Below, piece by piece: positions 12,001 to 18,608 of a DNA stretch of 64,000 bases. Origin of the DNA: an uncultured virus (IMG/VR IMGVR_UViG_3300018428_002561) (Duplodnaviria; Heunggongvirae; Uroviricota; Caudoviricetes); IMG/VR virus record IMGVR_UViG_3300018428_002561. The stretch is one strand, 5' to 3'. Position numbers and translations under genes: made by a program. How positions within the stretch are numbered: the first letter of the stretch is position 1; every line of letters starts with the position of its first letter. The notes beneath the pieces were generated by a model. That model ran no database searches, was not told the DNA's origin, and worked only from the letters and a program-made list of their open reading frames with translations.

Positions 12001-12181
12001 TGCCCATATAGCCATTAACTTTTTCTGCTGATCCAGGTTGTACTAACTGATCTAATGTACTAGATAGAATCTTTTTATTTGCTTGCGTTCTAAAATACTT
12101 AGGTAAGAGATCAGTGCTTTTTCTTTTCTCTTGATCGCCTGTTGGCAATGGTGATTCTGTCTGATCGTTATCGTAAGCCAT
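2..12181 (-). CDS. Giant baseplate/virion structural protein (gp7-like wedge position), >=4060 aa, 3' end runs off the window
   Basis: Not in the ORF track because it has no stop in the window. ATG at 12181-12179 overlaps the gp6 TAA (TAATG). Starts MAYDNDQTESPLPTGDQEKRKSTDLLPKYFRTQANKK and the same frame still reads LNVQMKFDRVSGEYFILSL at base 2. Contains propeller-blade-like motifs (HRFGASVAMSPDGKFIIVGS, GWGSSLDISENGNIIVIGDP) and NPGSGY..PTVTI/GGGG repeats. The gp7 label rests on position only. Confidence 0.8.
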   Translation of the reverse strand, partial: MAYDNDQTESPLPTGDQEKRKSTDLLPKYFRTQANKKILSSTLDQLVQPGSAEKVNGYMGRKNSKAHRLNDTYIEDVTVQRQNRQLEPATVSVDDLGNVNFYADYADYVNQIKNFNGSNANHSLMNSQEYYAWNPNICFDKFTNFREYYWLPNGPQTVTVFGKSEDETSTYTVTTEVQDDNTVYKFDPPGFEPNPALTLYRGQTYTFDIDTQGHPFSFSTNRRFSDAPFTLEKQNDGSYKVISGDSENISSLYVQGITAVDLEGNEIDPVNVEQGKITFTVPYNAPDQLYYVSQSDINTSGYIKVFDIIENTSIDVNEIVGKKQYTSANKVALSNGLKIKFAGNVTPEFYKDKEFFVEGVGESIRLINELDLVIPASYVGNKLVPFDSEGFDRLPFGNASAFAETKDYIVINRASPDRNAWSRYNKWFHRDVIEKSAEYNDSVPSIDQSARASRPIIEFNAGLKLFNYGTQAKHDVDLIDYKTTDAFSTVEGSTGYNIDNVNLADGMRVIFNADTDRLVRGKIYKVKFILIDNIRQISLIEDDDAIPTENETVLVKSGDIYKGKLFYFDGTSWVASQEKVKVNQQPKFDVFDTMGNSFSTYNASTFAGTELFAYKIGTGTNDSELGFPLSYRAIENFGDIQFNFPLVTDAFVYEQDNEKIKVNTETGYLRQYSNITNFKSKNGWEKANQLSKQAVIKQYDVEDQLNDFAVDVFDRSGDLNDLEVKVYVNSYFRKEEVHYTINRINGIAYITFTDNLKTGDILILRCFSKTPSNQNGYYELAYNLERNPLNENIKDFTIAEVNDHVGTIIENTFDYNGNIFPGSSNLRDLGFIVKNGTRFVKHTGPIALASYHLTDKNANIIKTLKYARLEYAKFKRLFIQVAENLGYDGPIKQHVDNIIAEINSQKTEGMPFYFSDMIPHGASKGTTHIVRASDSEFFALSEYFDLDQLSNRSVMVYLNGKSLCYGSDYEFTQEGFVKVLTTLQVGDELEIYEYDTTDGCFVPATPTKLGLYPKYKPEIFIDDTYETPRKVIQGHDGSIVFAYDDFRDDLILEFERRVYNNLKQEYNPDIFNIHDFVGGNYRDTGFERANIDTGMVSDFVQWTVIAGDPNYTNNDFYKDTFTFRYNYKNMSSPTGKKLPGFWRAVYKDAYDTDRPHTHPWEMLGFTIKPKWWEEVYGPAPYTANNFVLWEDLQNGVIRQPGVPTVVNSKYKRPGLLNHIPVDSNGKLLSPLDSNYAKNYVAIRARDAYTFGDETPTETAWRRGSEYPFALITSWILNQPAKVIGLGYDLSRMSRNAVGNIVYSESNTILRLRDLVFPNTYTDNQRVITSGLVNYIYNYIVSDINTNYDEYQNTLTTLKNKLALKVGGFTDKSKFKLILDSRTPLNEGNVFVPPENYKLFLNTSTPVTIANYSGVVIEKATGGFIIKGYDQAKSSFDYFEAIETQSDPSINVGGISESFVDWDNGKQYIKGQNVRFDSFFYRVKESHVSGTTFADDKMSKLAALPQVGGRDSVLRRKFTNRVKTISYGTQLNSVQAVVDFLLGYEAYLKAQGFIFEYYNNDIEIVEDWTFSVKEFMFWTTQNWAAGSVLTISPGAQQIKFNKPYHVVDNIFDDFYDYSLLKADGRKLDRSFSSIARDSENDFGLSVKNTADGIYSIRLPLVQREHVILLDNVTEFGDVIYDQEAGYRQERIKVTGYRSDNWSGGLNIPGFIYDEAEVRDWEPWKDYGIGKLIKYKEFYYVATNNISGTEVFIDNQWERLSERPESKLLTNFEYKVNQFADFYDLDTDNFDIEQQKHAQHLIGYQKRKYLENIINDDVSQYKFYQGMLQDKGTKNSLTKLFDALASADKESLEFYEEWAIRLGQYGATDNFEEVEFLIDEAEIKTNPQPIELVLSKPANDTDTIYKLTPSDIYKKPQNYDHKPFPVVDLYNQYTRDAGYVYEGDVVYRINDRNDILTANIDRIGANDYIWITGKTGDWDVVQHITTDIRVTKIEAFSASADARELPANPGGTFYLNKAHSFKVGDIIGVSNTSTANDAFYIIETVRPTQIDVFASANQSIEALEEVDGYISKLRSVKFDTVKNANYVMEDRVANQQKIWIDGTTKDWLVAERTDAFLDADHYNNPANYDPSSTYEFGSEMTVNSANTRIAIADHSANNNKGKVYTYQRGSNLRNFLYESELDLDTALYPMDDDHRFGASVAMSPDGKFIIVGSSTASGVASSYKGDYSKTSAYSENDIVKFNENYWKSIRTITPESSSVAFSTFDSYTNLERQSDSSLLTLVLQGSPYLPNTETDHLLIAAPFDQYRGTKVKDKLVLNWNFYTNFNRNEGPNTSVELFPTGINSQNVQAQYNEPGGSFIDGEHEIIEKVDSVLLLEPYTDPPEEGDVISTPSGSATVFKTFTRDFKLVIYTKDTNGVFTENGTISNAAGTEIGTYTQPNFNGTSGGIGGWWYINTNGTYVTSDEFTETKDYGVPAYGLVYRDILVYDENTDSYARTIPNFYKNILNDVNGTLFPDRDEPGFIGILSHRGGAYINEDVDGIQNILDPRWLMRVPPTLAGEINQPGDQFRVAIDDQADPVDESLLGIEASYLNDNLHTVIDVWEGYIDFTFTKFQTADIDILSDQDTDVGDFFEPAYEGKVFTDTLGNIVNIGGADGDFIRDEITGARGRVAYYIRRNINQGRVYLKEVTGNFTQGNRLLLETQEGNPPQANLRIMGPINKISLTGSNTGKIAVMERGTPFPAHPESYGGLEQFADLNTFAYVNKEFWIYKENLTEAGAEAQASIPSTSNSDWRLVYNLPVDTSGSTDSKPTNQGVYSIFSSVGSVWTNQGTYTIPGSSTGSNVGKQVAVSQDGDLYRFYVGSKENLTVIKHGTDKYGKTYRFALDINPHYRGPYTPDAIYKTGEIVLYDNQLYSALTFNKNVIPTNLLKWEILGNQVNYLPTLPNDVNIYNDPVFDDLNEQVIDFSKQVKVSENGQILVTSIITDESVDQDNKVLIYRILDDRYVLSQTIVAPVSNTGWGSSLDISENGNIIVIGDPENSEDAYHAGKVYVYAKDGLQYELHQTLSGTKTPAERFGIKVTATNDLIAVSSGAGDIITNTTFDSGETSFDETFTTFPDKKIDSGSVRLYQFIKDAYILGEELDYGGDSTVLQAGRFGDQVLANKNHIYVGIPGDPNVDEVGINPGSWVDYKVAADQKPWTTIRTPNNVVDVNAIKSVYLYNTVTDKLVSYIDYIDPVQGKIAGPAEQELTFKSNIDLARYNVTSLPNFFSETDNWEEKYVGKLWWDLSTAKFFNAYQEDVATQANYWSKLIPNYSVDVYEWVESSIPPDEWDTLADTARGFAQGISGQSKYGVDAYSQKLSYNSATKTFNTKYYFWVKNKLTIPATEDRSLPASEVAKLIGDPRGQGYQFVALLSDNRFVIYNGESLIKDKEVALHVSYYTQDTQEQNRHLEYQLVTEGLETSVPRADLERKWIDSLIGYDDRGRTVPDPELSPADKYGNLNSPRQSWFVNRQEAFKQVIERANIALQETIIVDDFSFDTLNSVDQPPFVTERLYDYKVDTLDEVQFIGTNKIAQATLIPSVHNGVVTDIRIINTGRGYADPTYNIETSTVRHGPSFTVVGKGTGLDFNLEINPLGQINKVNIINGGTGYDENTVITVRPVSIYVENDITVDNKWAIYSWNATSGLWDRKLSSSFDTTAYWKYIDWYAPNTNQFTRIDHRVDESYQLLSANAKIGQIVKIANIGTGGWLLLKRIKNTNSADYTIDYETIGRQNGTIEISSKLYDVVENTVGYDLLGFDNRFFDTEPVTEARKILEALKNDIFVDDLKIKWQELFFASIRYVLSEQQNVDWVYKTSFVKAKHNVGGLTEKINYQNDNLSSYNDYIREVKPYKTNIREYVSSYDKLENTNTVTADFDLPPFYDFSENAIKTKPVKVIDNEIIGVDAFFDEYPAKNWKDNNGFKVVGINIYDGGSKYTFPPTVTITGGGGTGATARAYLGAGKVVKIIVTNPGSGYLSAPTVTISGSGADDSTTAVASAQIGETVVRTLNVQMKFDRVSGEYFILSL

Positions 12182-15100
12182 TAGTAATAACTTCCTCCAC
12201 TATTTGGACTAGTTGAACTTACAAAAGAAGTAGAACTAGTTATGCCTACATTGTCTGTGTCGCTAGAAGTTACAACATTACCTGAAGCATTCAGTCTAGT
12301 TGCTGTAATTTCATCTATTAATTCTATGTTTGCTACTGTTGCACTATTGATAAAAATTTCATCCGGTTCACTTCTTATTTCAAACAAACTTCCAAATGCT
12401 TGTGTAATTTGATTTGGTACAATTACTACACTTACAAGATCAGGAGCAAGTCTGCTCATTATGTATGTTGCCAATTCTTGAAAGTAAAAAGTATCTCCAA
12501 AATCCCAATTTTCTAATGCAAAATATTGATTTATTGCTTCTATGCATCTTGTCTTAATATCGTTGTCATTTAAAACTAAGTCTTTATTTTTAACTAACTT
12601 AAATGTTGCTTGTAAATCAGTCTTTGCTGTAGAACCAAATAGTTCTTTATATTTTACAGGATGATAAATTACCTCATCACTAATAGATTTTATTTTGTTT
12701 AATTCCCTTCCATAAGTTCTAAATAATTCGTCCGAACTTGGTGGAAGCGGTTTTTGTGAAAGTTGGCCATCAATCCACAATCTATAATTTCTATCATATG
12801 TCTTAGTAAGCATAAACGTATCAATTAGATTACTTGCACTAGGATCAATTCTGTTATTGCTATCAGCTGTGTGTAAATAATGGAATTTAAGTTTATCTCT
12901 ACCTATAAATGCTTTATAATCACTAATAGTAACTAATTCATTTTGTGATTGATTATACTGTTTGAAGGTATCACTTGACTGTAAGTAAAAAATATCACCG
13001 TCAGTATATGCACTAAGAGGACCTATACTTGTTTGGTTCAAAAATATCTTAATGTTTGCACTAGTTGCATCTACGTATTTGAAGTCTTCTACTCCTGTGC
13101 CAGTAATATATTTTTCTTGCATGATTAATTTTGTAAGAGGATTTATATCTTCAGCTACGATATGATCAAATAATTCAGGATCGTCAATGATACCATCATT
13201 ATCTCTGTCAGCAAATGTAATTTCTATTTTCTTAGTATCTACATAACCTTCTTTGTCTCTATATGCTTCTAAGATATCAAAAGTAAAATCGCTTGTAAAC
13301 GGTGATGTATTATCAGGCTGGGTGTTTATATTCAGTACTGTAATTTTATCTTTTTTAGTTTTTCCTGTTTTATTATTGTACATTGTGTCAGCACTGTCAT
13401 AATAAAATTTAATTTCTTTATCGCTTTCAAATACATATTGTAAGCCACGGTAAGTAACTTTGTATGTTTCGCCATTTGTTTCAAATAATATGAGCCAACT
13501 TGCATCAAGGTTACTATTAGTTACATTACCTGAAAAGCCTGTACCAAAACTACTACGCTTATCTATATCCGATGCTTTAATTAGTCGCCAAATTCTGTTT
13601 GTTTGGTCATAACGCAAGCCAAAATCGTTGTAGGCAAATGCCTGGTCAATTATTTCAACTTTTACATCATCAGTAAGACTTTCTGCAAGTCTTGGTCTCA
13701 CTTGAACTAGTCTACATCCTGTAGGTATTTTATCACCTAGTGCAATCGCACCTTGTATCTCAGTTAATCCTGGTTGAATACCGTTGCCTGAAACAGCAAC
13801 TACTTTTGTCCATTTATACAAACTACTACCTACATGATCAGGAGTACCAGCCATTAAACTTCCATCACTCATAAAATGATATCCTTCAGGTGCTTGGAAT
13901 TTAACTGATGTTCCTGCTTCAATATATTTTAAACTGTTAGTAGTAAAAGTTCCTACGTTGTATGCTTCACCGGTGCTCGATTCAAACTGTCCTGTAAATG
14001 TATTTGTGTCTTCACTTACTACTTTCCAAAATACATTCAAATCAAACGTATTAATTTTAGGAAACTTGTCTAGATAAAAATGCTTGACACGCTTGTTATC
14101 AAGAATAGGCTCAATTTGATTTATAATAATGCCTTCGATGTCTGTTTGTGTGTCAAAGTTAAAACTTGTTTTATCAATCGTGTATTCTTTATAAACTACA
14201 CCATCATTGCCATATAAATTTGTATTACTATATTTTCCAGTTGCGTCAACTATATCAAAATATCTAGATATACCACTAGATGTTCTGTTAACACTTTTAA
14301 CTTTTACAATTTCTTGACTTACTCCTAAAGGAGCAACGTTGTAATCTTCTCCTGTAATCATTCTATTTTGTGTATAGTATGTTGCAGGCGCATTTTGTTT
14401 AATGCTTAAATTTGTTTCTGTTCTGCTACCGTTAGCTACTGTAGTTTGCAGGCTTAGTGTAATTGTTAAAGTTTGTACTCTACCTTTTTTGCTAAGATAA
14501 GGAATACTAACAGTAATGTTACTAATTGCTGCTGGTGTTATCACCATATTCCTATTTTCGCTAACTCTATAATAGGCTTTAAAGTTACCTTTTGGTAGGT
14601 TTCCAAACACACCGTCTGAGAAAATTAAGTTAATGCGATCATCGACTCTAGTTAAAACACTGTAAATGTTTCTAATTTTTTTGTTTATACTATTATAGAT
14701 TACATTGTTGCCTTCTACAGCATCTAATTTTGACCACAACTCTGACTCGTTGTTGTTACCGTCTAATTTAAATAACCACACATCAGAATCATTAATATTT
14801 TCAGCATCGATACCTACAGTCTGATTCGGTGAAGGTTGTGTAACACTAAATTGTCCGCTTTCTAATCTACCTTGTCTAAAGTGTGCAAAAAATCCTGTAT
14901 TACTACTTCCTGGACCTTGTGTATCATTCCTATAAGTAAATGCAAAGTTATTTCCAGGTACAGGTGGCTCTTCAACTAGACTGCCATCTTCTATATCCAT
15001 TGACACAACTTCAAATGGTGTGCTTTTTCCTTCTACAGGTTTTTCAAAACTAAAGACAGGAACATCTGTGTTAACACCGTTTACTCTATATTGATCAGTT

Positions 15101-15648
15101 TGAATTCCGCCTACTACTTCGCTTTTATTTGGTTTGCCAAATACGCCATTTACTGGTAATGAAGCATTAAGTACTTTAATAAACTGTTCATACCAGTTAG
15201 AGTTAGTACTGTCATTCCATTGAATTGTTTGTCCTGCTAGGTTTGTACCGTTAGAATCTATAATATCTTCTGTAGTTTTAATACCTGTAAATTTAAGTAG
15301 ACCATTCGCTGATTGATTTCTACGAGGATTGTAGTTTAATAGCCTAGCTAATCTTAAAACAGATTCACGTCTTTCTGCAAGTTCTAAGAAGTTTTCTCTA
15401 GCGTTTAAGTCTATTCTAAATGATAAGTTTTGCCCGAGGAAAGCAATTAAGTCAATTAGTGCAAGATATTCACTAGATTCAATGTAATCGTTAAAATCTT
15501 CAGGATAATTAGTCCTGAGATATTCTATCATTGTTCTTCTTAAGTTATCAAAATCGTAACTTTGAAAATCGGCATTACGGAAAGATTGGTAGACTTTCTT
15601 CCAATCTTCTGCAACTAATAATCTGTTTTGTCTATCGGTAGCTGACAT
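12181..15648 (-). CDS. gp6: Baseplate wedge subunit, T4 gp6-like
   Basis: N-terminus SYDFDNLR...YL...FNDYIESS...LIDLIAF...ENFLELAERRESVLRLARLLNY and the internal TQNRMITGEDY motif are typical of gp6/baseplate-J proteins; adjacent to gp25. Confidence 0.85.
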   Translation of the reverse strand: MSATDRQNRLLVAEDWKKVYQSFRNADFQSYDFDNLRRTMIEYLRTNYPEDFNDYIESSEYLALIDLIAFLGQNLSFRIDLNARENFLELAERRESVLRLARLLNYNPRRNQSANGLLKFTGIKTTEDIIDSNGTNLAGQTIQWNDSTNSNWYEQFIKVLNASLPVNGVFGKPNKSEVVGGIQTDQYRVNGVNTDVPVFSFEKPVEGKSTPFEVVSMDIEDGSLVEEPPVPGNNFAFTYRNDTQGPGSSNTGFFAHFRQGRLESGQFSVTQPSPNQTVGIDAENINDSDVWLFKLDGNNNESELWSKLDAVEGNNVIYNSINKKIRNIYSVLTRVDDRINLIFSDGVFGNLPKGNFKAYYRVSENRNMVITPAAISNITVSIPYLSKKGRVQTLTITLSLQTTVANGSRTETNLSIKQNAPATYYTQNRMITGEDYNVAPLGVSQEIVKVKSVNRTSSGISRYFDIVDATGKYSNTNLYGNDGVVYKEYTIDKTSFNFDTQTDIEGIIINQIEPILDNKRVKHFYLDKFPKINTFDLNVFWKVVSEDTNTFTGQFESSTGEAYNVGTFTTNSLKYIEAGTSVKFQAPEGYHFMSDGSLMAGTPDHVGSSLYKWTKVVAVSGNGIQPGLTEIQGAIALGDKIPTGCRLVQVRPRLAESLTDDVKVEIIDQAFAYNDFGLRYDQTNRIWRLIKASDIDKRSSFGTGFSGNVTNSNLDASWLILFETNGETYKVTYRGLQYVFESDKEIKFYYDSADTMYNNKTGKTKKDKITVLNINTQPDNTSPFTSDFTFDILEAYRDKEGYVDTKKIEITFADRDNDGIIDDPELFDHIVAEDINPLTKLIMQEKYITGTGVEDFKYVDATSANIKIFLNQTSIGPLSAYTDGDIFYLQSSDTFKQYNQSQNELVTISDYKAFIGRDKLKFHYLHTADSNNRIDPSASNLIDTFMLTKTYDRNYRLWIDGQLSQKPLPPSSDELFRTYGRELNKIKSISDEVIYHPVKYKELFGSTAKTDLQATFKLVKNKDLVLNDNDIKTRCIEAINQYFALENWDFGDTFYFQELATYIMSRLAPDLVSVVIVPNQITQAFGSLFEIRSEPDEIFINSATVANIELIDEITATRLNASGNVVTSSDTDNVGITSSTSFVSSTSPNSGGSYY

Positions 15649-15703
15649 CTATTTTCCTCGTATAACGTATTTATTATAATGTGTTAAGTACGTGTTTAAT
15701 TCT

Positions 15704-16150
15704 TTACGCAAGAAGCCCTGCTTCTCTATCAAACTGTAGTCTCATAGATTCAGCTATACTGTAGTTCAAGTATATTAATGTACACTCAATTTGTATTCCA
15801 CTTTCATAAGTATCAACTACTACATTGTCTACTAGAACTCTAGGATCATAGTTTATGATCTGTTCAACATTTTCTACAATAGCAGATTTTAATGCTTCTG
15901 TAAGAGGATCAAAAAGAACATCCCATATTATTGTACCGAATTCAGGATTTTCTAGTTTTTCGCCTTGACGTATATGAAAATGATTTATTACGTCTTGCTT
16001 AATAACCGCAAGATCGTATAATCTAAAACCATCATTAGCAGGGTTTACTGTGCTAATGGACCTATAAGCCGCACTACTTGCAGGTTTCTTTTGTACTTTT
16101 TGACTTGATACATTTACTCTTTTGTAAATATTTTTTTCTAACGTGCTCAT
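15704..16150 (-). CDS. gp25: Baseplate wedge subunit, T4 gp25-like
   Basis: GEKLENPEFGTIIWDVLFDP...INYDPRV motif of the GPW/gp25 family; 148 aa. Confidence 0.9.
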   Translation of the reverse strand: MSTLEKNIYKRVNVSSQKVQKKPASSAAYRSISTVNPANDGFRLYDLAVIKQDVINHFHIRQGEKLENPEFGTIIWDVLFDPLTEALKSAIVENVEQIINYDPRVLVDNVVVDTYESGIQIECTLIYLNYSIAESMRLQFDREAGLLA

Positions 16151-16165
16151 ATCTATATTTACCCC

Positions 16166-18598
16166 CTATGCAAGTCCTGATTCTCGTGCATTTCTGACCG
16201 CTGCAACTAACTCTGTAGTGCTTATTAATGACCTGTTTAATCCATCACCTGCATAATAACTTTCTCCAGGATTTACAATACGTGATGCACCTTGTGTTCT
16301 TTGTGTAACTGGTAAACTTGCCCATTCTTGTGCAATAGCTTTTAAAAATGCTGACTCTGAAAGAGATCCTGCAACGTATCTGTCAAGTCCTCTGCCTTGT
16401 AGCAATCGTCTAGCCATAGCATCTTGTGTAGTAGGATCAAATTTATCTGTTCTAGATGCAACACCTAACTGATCTACTAGGTAGACTAAGGTTCTTTTAA
16501 TAATTTGATACCTACCTGCAGCAGAGCTCGCAGAGCCTGCATCTACTGATGCTGTCTGCCAGTCGATAACTTCTTGTATAGTAAGCTGTGTTAGACTTTT
16601 TCCATAAAGTGTTTCAGGAGTAATCCTGCTTCCGCCAAATACAGTATTGTAACCTGCGCCTTCTGCTCTACTAATCATATCTAATAAATTACCGTCTGGG
16701 CCAACTGTTGAGAATGATTGTGGTGGTGTTAGAGTATCTCCGCCGGATCCTCCTTGTTCTGTAACTGGATTAACTCCACTAGTGTTAGGATCTAAGTTTG
16801 GATTAGTGCCGCCACGTGTTCCGTCTCCTGCGGCTCCTGCTGCTGTTGCTCCTGATCCTCCAGAAAAACTCTTTCTAAACGTATCTGCTGAACTTCTATA
16901 TTGTGCAACACTAAGAACAACAGGATTAGTAATATCTGTTCTTTCGCTTTTTACCATTATTGGATCTAAATTTTCATGTTGATAATATGGCTCGTGTGTC
17001 GGCATTCTTTTTACGAAAGTAGAAATATCTGAGGATATGTCTGTTCCGGGTGATGTTTTTGGAACTGTCCAATTTTTAAGATAGATAAAATCTACAGCAT
17101 CTTCTGCGTCAGTTGCCGCTGTTCCGTTTGTTGCTATATCACTATTAAGATATACATTTGCACCATCTACGTTAACATCTGCTGATGCATTTAAATCTAT
17201 TAAACCATCTGTTGCTGTTAATTTTCCTACTTTACCAACTAGGTGTAAAGTTTCATCTGTGTTAACGTGTAAATCTTCTACTGTGCGGACATGACCTTGG
17301 GCATCTGCTAACACATATAAATTTGCATTTGTGTGATGATGTATATCTCCTTCTACAAGTGTTTTTTGATATCCAGTAACTTTAGTTTCTTGATATCCTT
17401 TTACATTTACAAGCATATTTTGTTCTGAAAGCATTTTTGTATCAAACTTACTTTCAATTTGTACGTTACCGCTACCTCCGTTACTTTGAAAGCCAGTATA
17501 CCTAGCACTTGCTCTTACATTAACATTTCTGCCGCCTTCAATATTAACATCTCTATCTGCTGTTAAATTTATATCCGAGTCACTATGAATAGAAATACTG
17601 TCTAATCCGTAAACATCAATTTTACCATCACTAGTTAATTCAACCCATGCTGTTCCCCTACTGTTAGCAATATAGATAAAGTCTTCTGCATTATGCATTA
17701 ATATCTGATGACCGGTTCGAGTTCTAAATCTCATTACCTCATTATGGGGTATAGTTTTATCCCCAAATAATTCACCGCCTTCTACGTTTGCATATATAGG
17801 AGGTCCTGCTGATGCATGAGATACTCTTAGTAATTTGTCATCACCGTCGTCCATAACAAAACTAGAGCCGCCTAAGCGATTAACAAATGCCGAGTATTTT
17901 AGTCCTGCTTCACCTTGTAATCCTCTTGGTGCGCCTGAACGCTTGTCAATTGGTCCTGGGGTGCTAATACCAAAAACAGAACTCGGAGCTTCTCTTCTAG
18001 CACTAGAAGTTGTTGTTCCTCTGTTTTCATCTCTAATTAAACCTTGTATTTCTAAAGTTTGTGAAAAATCTTTATTATATGGTTTAGGATATCTTGTTGG
18101 GTCTCTGCCAGAGCCTCGTTCAACTTTTTTATTATATTCGCCTACAGGTAATTTTAATCCTTGTAGATTGTCGGGTGTTGCTGCGGTAGTTATTTCAGTT
18201 GATGCTCTTCCATCAGGAACCATGAAATTCATAAACTTATCTTGAACACATCCTATCCAAAATCCGTTTGATATATCACCTTCTGCAAAAATAACTAGAA
18301 CACGTGATCCAATATCAGGAGGAACAAACCACATACCATAACTTTTTTGAGTACTTGCATAACCGTCATTTGCCGTTGCTGTATCTAATGATGTTACTCC
18401 GTAAAACGGAGACAGATACCTAACCTCAATAGACGTTCCAATTTTTTCAGGTAAACTACCCGAAGTATTATTTTTCAAAACATCTACTTTAAGACTACCC
18501 ATATAGGTAGGGTCAAGGTTACTTACAACTATAGCCTCGTAAGGACCAGTTCCTATATCATCTAAGTTTCTATAATTTGTACGTCTACTTTGTGGCAA
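16166..18598 (-). CDS. gp5: Baseplate hub/spike gp5-like protein with C-terminal lambda-R-type lysozyme (transglycosylase) domain
   Basis: N-terminal OB-fold-type motif (DP...G.LKV...GMWFVPPDIGSRVLVIF), central beta-helix-like repeats, C-terminal AEG..GYN..FGG/AAGRYQ/F.P.TQD/QEWASLP motifs; TTG start with GAGG upstream. Confidence 0.8.
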   Translation of the reverse strand: MPQSRRTNYRNLDDIGTGPYEAIVVSNLDPTYMGSLKVDVLKNNTSGSLPEKIGTSIEVRYLSPFYGVTSLDTATANDGYASTQKSYGMWFVPPDIGSRVLVIFAEGDISNGFWIGCVQDKFMNFMVPDGRASTEITTAATPDNLQGLKLPVGEYNKKVERGSGRDPTRYPKPYNKDFSQTLEIQGLIRDENRGTTTSSARREAPSSVFGISTPGPIDKRSGAPRGLQGEAGLKYSAFVNRLGGSSFVMDDGDDKLLRVSHASAGPPIYANVEGGELFGDKTIPHNEVMRFRTRTGHQILMHNAEDFIYIANSRGTAWVELTSDGKIDVYGLDSISIHSDSDINLTADRDVNIEGGRNVNVRASARYTGFQSNGGSGNVQIESKFDTKMLSEQNMLVNVKGYQETKVTGYQKTLVEGDIHHHTNANLYVLADAQGHVRTVEDLHVNTDETLHLVGKVGKLTATDGLIDLNASADVNVDGANVYLNSDIATNGTAATDAEDAVDFIYLKNWTVPKTSPGTDISSDISTFVKRMPTHEPYYQHENLDPIMVKSERTDITNPVVLSVAQYRSSADTFRKSFSGGSGATAAGAAGDGTRGGTNPNLDPNTSGVNPVTEQGGSGGDTLTPPQSFSTVGPDGNLLDMISRAEGAGYNTVFGGSRITPETLYGKSLTQLTIQEVIDWQTASVDAGSASSAAGRYQIIKRTLVYLVDQLGVASRTDKFDPTTQDAMARRLLQGRGLDRYVAGSLSESAFLKAIAQEWASLPVTQRTQGASRIVNPGESYYAGDGLNRSLISTTELVAAVRNARESGLA

Positions 18599-18608
18599 TT
18601 TTTAACCT

